From: Proteromonas lacertae
Lineage: Eukaryota
DNA length: 64,000 bases
Assembly: GCA_002245135.1 (NCBI GenBank)
Contig: NGBS01000297.1
Coordinates: 1-64,000 of the forward strand
Direction of reading: 5' to 3'
The notes under the pieces were generated by a model. It saw nothing but the letters and a program-made list of their open reading frames with translations. It was not told the origin of the DNA and searched no databases. The position numbers and the translations under genes were made by a program. This document shows positions 53,019 to 64,000 of this stretch, piece by piece; the first letter of the stretch is position 1; the number at the start of each line of letters is the position of its first letter.

Positions 53019-54169
53019 ATGAATCCATTGGAACAATTAAGAAGAAAACATCAAGTTGAAGAAGAAGTACCTACTTTTGCTGGTCAAGCTGTTATGATAG
53101 AGTATTTTTTGTTGTTTTTTTATCATATACAGTTCATCTTGTCATGATTACAAAGCAACACCATATACAGATTGTTTTGATGGTAAAAGAGAGATAAAAA
53201 TACCATCCTCCAAAAATATATCCTTTTCTTTTCATTTATACAACTTAAAAGTGTTATTTTTAATTCACATTTAAACATTTAATGTATATTTTGGAGGTAA
53301 AAGTGGTCCAGCCTTATTTTTACTACATGGAGCTGGTTATACAGGTGCTAGCTATGCAGAATTTGTTGTATACAACACAACTATGTTATATCAAATAGAA
53401 AGAAGCCAAAAAATACAGTCGTTGTTTCGCCATAGACTTCAGAGGACATGGTTTAACTAAAACAGACAATCAACTCGATTTATCAGCAGAAACTTTAACA
53501 AACGATACAGTCAAAATAATCCAATTCCTCTGTACTGAATTACCCAATGATACACCCTCCATTATAATAGGTCATAGTATGGGTGGAGCAATAGCGACAA
53601 GAGCAGCAGCAACAGGTGAAATACCAATGTTAAAAGGATTAGTAGTGATTGATGTAGTAGAAGGAACAGCAATACCAGCATTAGTACATATGAATACAAT
53701 ATTAGCGAGTAAACCAAAGAGTTTTTCAAGTATAGAAGAAGCTATAAAATGGGATATTCAAAGTCAAACATGTAGAAATCCATTATCTGCAAAAGTGTCA
53801 ATGCCAACTCAAATTGTTAAAGATAGTAAAACTAATCAATATGTATGGATTACACCATTAGAAAAGAGTGATAAATACTGGAAGGATTGGTATATTGGTT
53901 TAAGTGATTTATTTTTGACTGTTCCTGCTGCAAAGTTATTGATTTTAGCTGGTAGTGATCGATTAGATAAACCATTAACAATAGGACAAATGCAAGGTAA
54001 ATATCAATTATTAGTAATGCAAGGAGTTGGACATTGTATTCAAGAAGATGCTCCAGTTGAATTATCTAAGACAATATTTAGATATTTAAGCAGAAATGGC
54101 TTGACTGAGAATCAAGATGATGAATTAGCTAAAAAGTTGGAAAGAGCTAGACAAATGATTCCACATTAA
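53019..54169 (+). CDS. PPME1: Protein phosphatase methylesterase 1
   Basis: LLHGAG, DFRGHG, GHSMGGAIA, IDVVEGTA, DRLDKPLTIGQMQGKYQ, GHCIQED. Confidence 0.95.
53218..53274 (+). other. U12-like AT-AA intron, 57 nt
   Basis: AAT|ATATCCTTTT...TTTTTAATTCACATTTAA|ACA; perfect U12 donor; restores KN-TFNVY. Confidence 0.85.
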
Positions 54170-54290
54170 TCAATATAGTAGGTGAAATAAAAAATATGAT
54201 ATTATTAAATATATATATAACTTAATATAGGTGTTGGGAAAAAAATTAATAATTTAATCTATTTCTATGTATTATGAATCTTCAATTTCT

Positions 54291-56721
54291 TCAACTTCCA
54301 ATTTCTTCTTCTTCTTCTTGTGGTGGCGGAGGAGGAGGAGGTGGTGGTAAAGATTGTATTTCACTCTCATCTTCAATAATCTTCAGTTGATTCTGAATAG
54401 TCTTTAATAACTTGTATTTATATATATTATCAACTTCATTATTTCTCATAAAACAGTTAACAGCTAATTCTACATCATCTCCTTCATACAATTCAAACAT
54501 TGCACTTCTACAAGGACTTATTTTTATTTCTACACATAATATCATCTGTTTATTCCTTCTACCTCCTCCTCCTCCTTTGCCATTAGAAATATATTTACCA
54601 CTCTGTTCTTTATTCTTTATTTTATTATACAATCTTTCTCGTTTTTCTTTCCATTTTTGTTCATTCTCTAATCTCTCTTTTTCTTTTTGTTCTTCTTTCT
54701 CTTTTACTAATTCTTCATATCTGTTATGTAATTTCATTGATTCTAAGTTAAATGGTTTGGGTATTATTCCTCCATCTTGATTTCTTTTCACTTTAGCTGA
54801 CTGACTCTTTGTTGATCCTAAGTAATATAAACTTCTTGCTATTTCATCATCTCTCATTTCTTTATCTTCTCTTGCTTTTCTCATTCTATTTACTACATTG
54901 TTATATCCAACTGGATTTGAATATTTCATTAATTTCTCACTTTTAGTTGTTGTTGAAGGACTTCTTACTATTTTCCTATGATTTAATTTTGGTTCAAATG
55001 TACATTCTGGATCTTCTTCGTTTGATTTTTCTTTTCTTAATTCATTTAGTTTCTCTTGTTTCTTTTTATGCAATTTGTATAATTTATCAATCCTCTATTA
55101 TATTAATAATAATAAATATATATACAGATTCTTCTATATCATTATCTTCACTCATTTCATTTACTAATTTCATTGATGTTTTATTCAATTTTGGCTTGAA
55201 TGTCAAACCTTCAGTTTTCTTCAATTCTTCTTTTATTTCTCTCTCTCTTAATCTCTCACTCTTTATCTTTGCATCATTAAATAATCTGTTTGTAGTTGTT
55301 ACACTTTTTGATCTTTTCAATTTATTTGATTTTGTCAGTTGTGAATTATTACTATTTTCATCATCGTTCTCTTGCTGTTGTTCTTGATTCTCTTTTTCCA
55401 TCATTATTTCTTTTGATCTTTTATTAATTGATGGGTTAAATGTCATTTCTTCATTCTTTAATATTTCACTTTTATTTGCCATTCTTTTCCTATTAGTTAT
55501 TAATTGATTCTCTATAAACATTTGCCTGTTGAAAACTAAGTGTTTATTTAATTTACTTACTTCCTATTAAATAATAATTCTATTTATAAATACTGTTGAA
55601 AGTGGCTCAAATTGATTCTTACTATCATTTTTACTATTAAACATTATATTTAATATATAATTAGTAAATGTTGAAAAACTAACTAACTCTTCATCTATTT
55701 CATCTGTTTGATCTTCCTTTTCAATAACAGCCCAGAATGTTTCATAATAATCCATTATACCTTTTTCATTTTTATGTAAAAAACCAAGATCCTATATTCA
55801 TTAGTAATATATAATTATTATAAAAAATACGATCATCACATTCAATATATCTTCTTTATTCAAACATCCTATTCTTTCTTTATCATATCTCTCAAATTCA
55901 TTCTCTATTTCTGTTTTCATTTTCTTCTTTAAAATCATTTCACTTTCTTTACTGATTCTTTTCATGTTTCTTTTCTTTTCATCTGTTTTCTCTATTAATT
56001 CTTGAACTGTTTGTTGTCTTACTTGTTTCTGAAGTGCTTCTTCATATAATATTTCTGTTCTTTGAGTTCCAGATGTTGTTATTGAATATGAATTATTTGG
56101 ATTTGGATTGATTTGTGGATGAAATAGTATTTGACCTGTTTTACTATCTCTATTATCAGGAGTTGGTACTTTCTTCTTTTCATAGAGACGATCAAATATT
56201 GGTGATTTTATTCTATTCTCTGCTAATTTTCTATTATTTAATAACAATATAAACATACTGTGACATTTTGCTTATTTTTGGAGTGAATTGATAATCTTTT
56301 TTTATTTTTGCTTCACTTTCTTTTTGTAATTCTAATTGCTTTAATCTTCTTTGAGTTTGATCTCTTTCCATTCTTTCTTCAAAACTTAAATCATTATCTT
56401 CACTGGATCGATTCTTACTTCTAATTGTTATATTGAATTATTCTAATACTTATATTTATTTACTTTTGGTTTAAATGTGCATTCTATATCGTCTTCATCT
56501 CTTTTTGTTGTTGGAGGAGGTGGCTATAAAAATAAAGGTATATATGAATACAATTCTCTTTAACACTATAGCTTCACCTGATGTGTCTTGCTCAGATTCA
56601 ATTTCTAGGTAAAACACTAATTAAGAAATTTTATACCATTATCACTCTAAAAAAACGTAGATATAAGAAAATATACTTGTAATATTTGCCCATCACTTTC
56701 GAAACTATTTTCTTGGCTCAT
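54291..56721 (-). CDS. Coiled-coil protein with repeated (C)TFxPxI/L motifs
   Basis: ECTFKPKVN, MTFNPSIN, LTFKPKLN, ECTFEPKLN; many introns and a 10-nt microexon. Confidence 0.65.
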
Positions 56722-56926
56722 AAAATCAAAAAAATCAAATTCAAATTCAAACGGCCAGTTTTTCATTTTAATTTTGAACTTATTCATTTTTCTCTCACTA
56801 TTGATGATGATTCATTTCAATTGTGTATTTAAAATATATCACAACATAATATTAACAAAATTAAAGAAAATTTTATAAGAAATATAATTATTAAGTCTAT
56901 CTACAGATTTACAACAAAAAGAAAAA

Positions 56927-57537
56927 TTATGTAAAAGATGAAGGATCTTTTTCCAGCTTAGTTTTGATTCTCTGAATCCATAAATCTATAATATTCACTG
57001 GTACGACTAATCTTTCACCCATTGGTGTAGCTTGAGCAAAAGATGCTAAATAATTATATAAATCTCTAGCTATTTTGATTAAGCCATTCTCTGTTCTAAC
57101 AGCAGCAAAAGCTACATCATAATTTGAAGGAGGAATGCTATTTATTAATAAATAATTCATATTATACTCTTCTAAAGATATACCCACTTGTATATATTGA
57201 GCATTTACTACATCTGTGTTTGTTGCCCAACCAGTTGAAAAAATAGCTGAAGGAGAGTTAAAATTAATTGCACCAATTAATATCCATTGTGAAAATGGTG
57301 GAATACTATAATACAAAGCATCTATTTAAGCAGCAAATGAATAAATGTTATACAACCAGTGTTAGGAAGTTCAGGTCTAGGTATTAAGAATAAAGATAAT
57401 TCATGAACTTGCCCGGGATTTGGAATAACGTTTATATATTTTGTTTCAGACAAAGGATGCCAAGATGTTATAATTGGTCTTCCTGGAATGACCAAACCAA
57501 AAGGACAGTCTTGTGCCGTACCTAAAATATAATCCAT
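56927..57537 (-). CDS. Hikeshi/OPI10 family protein
   Basis: PFGLVIPGRP..LSLFL..WILIGAI..PSAIF..VGISLE..IARDLYNYLASF..W..DPSSF; one intron. Confidence 0.85.
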
Positions 57538-57671
57538 TTCATATACCAGGCAGATTATATGGATTCATTGAATGAATGTTCTGGAAAAGACTAAGAAATT
57601 ACGTGTCAAAAAGTAGAATTACAGGTAAATTACATATTTTAGAAAAAGATTTTTATTGTTTTTCTGCGATT

Positions 57672-59476
57672 ATGAAGAGGTTTGAATTACCTGTTTATGA
57701 TAAACCTATATTTGCCAATGACAGTAGCGATAATGATAACTTAAATTATGCTAATATGACTTCTTTAATAGAATTAATAGATCAATTGTGTATAAACAGT
57801 CTAAATATACTCTAGCTGCTCTATCACGTTATTCAAATAAAATATTTCAAGGATTAGTGGATAGATCAAACTCATTATCAAAACGTGTACATACTGCTGC
57901 AGACAACTTAAAAGATCTTCAAAAACTTGTCTCCGCAAAAGAACATAGTTTACATCAAACATTAGATCAAGAAAGTGATGTAAAACCAATAACAAGGTCA
58001 TTAATCGATAATAATACAACACCATCATTTAATGATACAGATAGATCAGAATCATTATCTCAAAAACAACACAAATGTCAAAAGAGTATACCCAATTTCG
58101 ATTATTATGATCAATACGATAATACACTACAAGAAGATCAAAAGGTAGCAATGAGATTCTCAGATCCTAATTATTTCATGATTCAATGGGCAGAAAAAGA
58201 AACACGAAGATTAAAACAACAAGCCAAACTGCCAAGAATAATTAAAAGAAAAGCACTTCAAAGATCTCAAGCAAATATCAATTCAAATAGTGAGACAAAT
58301 GTAAACTCTGATAGTAATGCTTCAGTGAATGATACAAGTACAACTAGTGTCAATACTATGAATCAACCACCAGGTGGATTTAATCCCTTCGCTTATACAG
58401 CATCTGAAACAGCAGTTAATCCATTTATGGCTAGTTCATCAACATTAAATCCATACAGTACCAGTTCTGCAACAATGAATCCATATTCTACTAATGTTAA
58501 TCCATATGCAACTACAGCACAAGGTCAGACTTCCTCTAGTACGTTCTCTAATGGTGGTACAGGTACAAATATTGGTTCTACCACTATTAATCCATTTGCT
58601 CCTCAAGCTTCAATCAATCCATTTGCACCTTCGAAGAACGAAATGCCACAAGGAGGATTTGCTGCTCCTCCGCCTGATGTATCTGAGTCAGAAAGTGAAT
58701 CTGAAGAATCTGAAGAAGAAAAACCAAAGCCAAAAGCTAAACCAAAGCCAAAGGCAAAACCAAAGAAACCTGTGAAGAAAGAAGAATCATCAGAATCTGA
58801 GAGTGAAAATGAATCATCTTCTGAAGAAGAAGAAGTTGTACAGAAGAAGAAACCAGTAAAGAAACCCGCAGCTAAACCAAAAGGCGATAAAGTTGTAATG
58901 CATGATAAAGTATTGCTACCACAAACACCACCAGAATCTCCAAGAGAAGAAACTGAGATAAAACGACCACCAAATCCACTATTAGCACAAATTCAAGGAT
59001 TTGATAAACACAAACTTAAACCAGCAGATGATGAAGAACAACAACAACAACCATCAGCAACATCACCTGAAAGACCTCATCCTCCAAATCCATTATTGGC
59101 TCAAATACAAGGATTTAATAAGAATCAATTAAAGAAAGCAGAAGATGGTGGTGATGATGAAGCTCCTAGAGCAAGACCACCAAATCCATTATTAGCACAG
59201 ATTCAAGGTTTCAATAAGAACCAATTGAAAAAGACTGAAGATGAAGAACCTCCTGTTAGACGTCCAGCTAATCCTTTGTTAGCTCAAATTCAAGGGTTTA
59301 ATAAAAATCAATTAAAGAAAGCTGAATCAACTGGTGATTCAAATAAAGAAGAAGAATCTCATGTAGATAGAAAAGCTGTTGGTGGAGGTGGAGGTAATTC
59401 ATTAGTTGCAGATATATTGAAGAAGAGAATGCAAATCTTAGGAAATACTCAAGAAGAAGATGATGATGACTGGTAA
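57672..59476 (+). CDS. SCAR/WAVE-family actin nucleation-promoting factor with four WH2 motifs
   Basis: DQL|SALSRYSNKIFQGL..RV and FSDPNYFMIQW (WAVE homology); four NPLLAQIQGF..LK repeats; acidic EEDDDDW end. Confidence 0.8.
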
Positions 59477-59581
59477 GTCGTTAATAATGTTTATAAATAT
59501 AATATTTTTATTTTTTTTGCTTTTGATACTCTAACTGTAAAATGAAAAAAATTATGTTATGAAACGAATATATTTTTATAA

Positions 59582-62500
59582 ATGCAAAAGAAAAAGTATT
59601 CGAAAGAGATAGTGTTAATAAATAATGAAGATTTAAAAGAAATTGAGCAAAAAATCCAAAAATTAGCTCAAGTAGTGAAAACAACACATTATCTAATCTC
59701 TACAGATTATAAGTTGGAGAATAAGACTTTAACTGTTACTACCGACTTTATTTCATCTTGTGGAGATTTAAAATTACCTATTTCACCTGAACAAATAAAA
59801 TCAGTAATAGAGGATGTTATAAAAGGTTTAAAGGTATTAGAAAAACATTCTTATTATCATGGAAGTATAAAGCCATCCAATATTCTATGTGAAAAGAAAA
59901 TGTTCAAACTGTGTCATTATTACCAAAAAGGAATCACTGACTCATACATTCCTAACATTGAAACAATTAAGTATGAATCTCCTGAAGCATTGAAAAGTAG
60001 TGAGTTATCTATAGAATCAGATCTATGGAGTGTTGGTTGTGTTATTTATTATCTTTATTGTGGTAAATGTCCATTTGAGTATGCTGGATCATTAGTTGAA
60101 TTGTTTAAAAGAATAACCTACAGAAAAATTAATGAACAGCCACCTTCAGAGAAAAAAGACGATATAATTAATGGATTGATTGATAATCTAATTGTAGTAG
60201 ATACAAATGAAAGATATGATTTGAATATGTTAAGTAAAAAGTTAGAAAGACCCAATAATGCTAAAATCTACGAAAAGAAAGATATTGTGTATTTGAAATG
60301 TAGTAAATATGTTACAGATTATAAATTTAAACAAAATGGAGTATTCTATCATGGTAGTGATATCAGGTTTATAAATGATGTATTAATATAAATAATCTCA
60401 TCATATTTTTTAATCTTTTATAGGAAATAGAAAGAAGTATTAAATTAAAACTAAGTTATAACTTTGGTGATTCTCATATACTTCAATCACAAATTATAGA
60501 AAGAGGATTATATAAAGAAAATCCACAACAAATGTTGACAATACAGAGACTATTCTTACCAATGACCTTAGAAGAAAGGAAAGAATTAGAATTAGAATCA
60601 ATTTTCAAAGATTATATAATTACGTCTATTCTCAAAGCCATTAAGGCATTACATAGCCAAAATATTATTCATGGAAATATTAATCCATCTAATATACTAT
60701 TAGATGAAAAAGGTGAAGTTTTTCTAACAGATTACTTTATGAGTAGTTTATATAGAAATCATGTTTCGCCAATGGATTCAGTGTATTATCAAAGTCCAAA
60801 TAGATTATTAGATAAAGATTTAAATAAAGATGATGATTTTTGGTCTTATGCAATGATATTGCTCTATTTAACAGATAGTTTACCAAGTGATTCAAAGAGT
60901 ATAACTAATATATATAAATTCATTAAAAAATTACCAAAAGAAAGAATTGATAATACATCAGATGCTTTTATTAAGAATACTGCTCATGATATAGTTTTAG
61001 AATTATATAATAAGAATAAAAAACAATCAGATGAAAATGATAAAGAAAAATCAATATATACAGATGATTATTTGATTAGCAAGTTCAGTAGTATAAATAT
61101 TTTCTATATATATATATATAATTGAAATAGACAGTAATATTAACAGTAATATTGATTATATGTTAGATAAAAATATAAATGTTTATTCGATTCTTGATTG
61201 TTTTGGATTGGATTATTTATTAGTTCCACAAAGTGCTTTAGATGATAGTATATATTTTATATTTATATCAATTATATTTTAGAAATTCTTGATTGCATTA
61301 TTACTATATTCAATTCAACAATGTCAAATTCAATATTTAGATTTCTTGTTAAAGAATTCCCCAAAACTCGTCTCATCAATATGATTGAAAGAATGGATAA
61401 AATATTCCAAGAGAAAAAGAAAAATTTGACATTATCACCCCCCAAATATACATATGTTTTTTATTCTCCAAATTATAGGATAGTAAATCCTTCATCATCT
61501 TATGATAAGTGTTATTCCATATTCCGTTATATTATAGATGTTGTGCAAAATGGAGTCTTAAATATAAACAGTAGTTTAGTTGTGGAATACTATTTTTATG
61601 AACCATATTTGCAGTTTGTTAAACTAAAGTCTCTTTCTTTGAAAAGTATAGATATTAGTTTTCTATAATAACACTTTATAGATGTTAATAATAGAAAAAT
61701 AATGAATTCATTGCTGAGGAACATACGAGAACAGCAGACAGTTGCAATCGTTATATATACAGGGAATAAAAGATAATCACTTTAATTGCTGTTTGATTGC
61801 TTCATTGAAATTTTTGACTAATTTAGAATCATTATCATTAATTGATATGAAATTAGATTGTGATTTTATTGAAAATATTACTGAATTGAATAAATTAAGA
61901 ATACTCAATTTGGATAATTCAATTAAATATACAAAAGATCGGTATAAAAGGTTTTATTCTACTTTAAGCGTTTGCCTCTCCCATATAAACGATTTAGAAG
62001 AGTTAAATCTTAGTAAAGACTGTTATGGTGGTAGTGATATAAAAGAATATTATCATTCATTAACAAAATTTAAAAACCTAAAGAGTATAAAACTAGCTTC
62101 GTGCTTTATTCAATACAAAAATAGTTTTGATTATCTGTCATCAACTTTCCCATTCTATAACCTTGAAATACTTGATTTAAGAGGTATAATGATGTTATAT
62201 TAATAATTAAATGAATAGATAATTTGTTAGGTGATAATGGAATAATCAGTATTGCTAATCATACGAATGATTTATTATCATTAAAAACTCTATTATTAGA
62301 TGGTAATAAGATTAGCAATGAAGGAATGAAGAAATGGAAAGATCATTTAAACCAGTTGCAATATCTTGAAGTATTGAGTCTTAGCCATAATAATATAACA
62401 ACCAAAGGTTTAAAAATAATCGAGAATGATTTAAAATCTCTTGATAGACTCATAGATCTTGATTTTTCCTGTATATATATTGTTAATATATCTTATATTA

Positions 62501-64000
62501 TATTCGCTTTTAGACAATGATTTATCTGATGACGAAGCTTTTTATGTATTAGATGGTATTTTTAAATCATTACCATATCTACACAGAGTTAATATTAATC
62601 GTATTGTCTTCTTTTCCATTTATCATATTAAATAGATATATTTCCTAATAAGAACAATTCTAATCTCTTGAATGACGATGAGAATAATGTAATAGGTTTA
62701 AACACTGTAGAAATATCTCAAAGCTTTTATAATTCTTTATTAAAAGTAGATTGTTTTAATCTTTCAGGAAATCAATTAAAATCTTCTTTAATATTTGTGA
62801 TTTTTTATAATAATCGTCAGTTAATAAACAGCATCAGAGAATTAGATTTAAGTAATAACTTTATAGGTGATAATCCATCAGAATTTGCCGATTTGTTAGA
62901 AAAACTAGCTAATCTAAGCAGTTTGAATTTGAGTAATAATGGAATAACTGAGGAAGGAATAAGAGAATTATCAGATTGCTTTCCACCACTTGTATATCTA
63001 GATTTGTCAAAGAATGCAATAAAAGATACTGGTTTGATGATTCTATGCAAGAATACAGATTTATTTTCTTCTTTGCTTCATTTAGATTTGTCTAATAATA
63101 ATCTTACTGATAGATCAATGAGTTATCTATTTAATTCGGCATTATTCTTAACATCTCTTAACTTAAACTGTATAACAATTATATATAACTTTATAGTTAA
63201 TAGTATTCTGCTCTATTATGAAGAGGTTGCTGATCAATTGAGTAATTTGAGTAATTTGAAAGAATTATCGATTGGCTGTAAAAATATAATCATTAATATT
63301 ATATTTTAGGTAATCCAATTTCAAATGACAGAATATTAAAGTCTCTTACAAATCTCCAGGAATTGAATATTAGAGGAACAAATATAAATAATAGTGATAA
63401 TACAGGCTGTATAAGATCTTTTATTTTTTTACTCTTATTTAGTCTTGTATAATCAAAATACTGAATTGATACATTTAAATGAGTATATTTCAAATCAAGG
63501 AAGAAAATTAGACATGGAAAGTATATTAATCTATTTTATTCTTTCGTAATATATAGAAAAGGGAATTGATTATAATAGGAGTATAATAATATCTAACAAT
63601 CTTGTTGGTCATTCATTTATTCGTGAGATGATTCTAGGAATGAATGATATCAATGATGATTCGTTAATAATACTATCAGAGGCAATACAATTCTTAAGTT
63701 ATTTGGAAGTGATTGATTTGAGCTACAATTGTATATCTGAATATGGATTTGTATATTTTGCATCAAAAATTAAATATTTGATGCATTTGAAAAAAATGGA
63801 CTTACGATGTATAATATTATTATTAATATACTGTAGTTAACAACGTAAAGAATCAAGATTATGTAGAATACATAAAGAAAGCGACAATGAATTTGACTTC
63901 ATTGAAAATAGAAACAAGTATATAAATAGTATAATTAGTTATACATAGATGAAAAGAAGTTTCTGAGAGATAGTATTGATAACAAAGAATCTAAAAAGAA
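59582..64000 (+). CDS. Tandem degenerate kinase domains fused to RNI-like LRRs; runs off window end
   Basis: HGSIKPSN..YESPE..DLWSVG; HGNINPSN..LTDY..DFWS; then LRR exons joined by GT-AG introns. Confidence 0.7.

Overview
Gene-dense, very AT-rich eukaryotic (protist) DNA with about 32 protein-coding genes on both strands, very short intergenic spacers and many tiny GT-AG introns (about 25-40 nt, 5' consensus GTAT). This, plus mitochondrial-type targeting peptides and a bacterial-type Ig/PA14 surface protein, resembles Blastocystis-like stramenopiles (inference only). The standout signal is a second intron class. Four longer introns (53-61 nt) begin ATATC(C/T), carry a U12-like branch point about 10-11 nt from the 3' end, and end in TAA. 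They are candidate AT-AA minor-spliceosome introns, and one lies in a bacterial-type M42 peptidase. Other notable items: a histone H2B with a canonical 3' stem-loop and a C-terminal extension, two head-to-head paralog pairs (one with 26 nt between ATGs), a recurrent TCAAGC upstream motif, a pseudoknot-like element 3' of RPL22, a four-WH2 SCAR/WAVE and pseudokinase fusions. Several +1 frameshifts look like assembly errors. All exon structures were read by eye.
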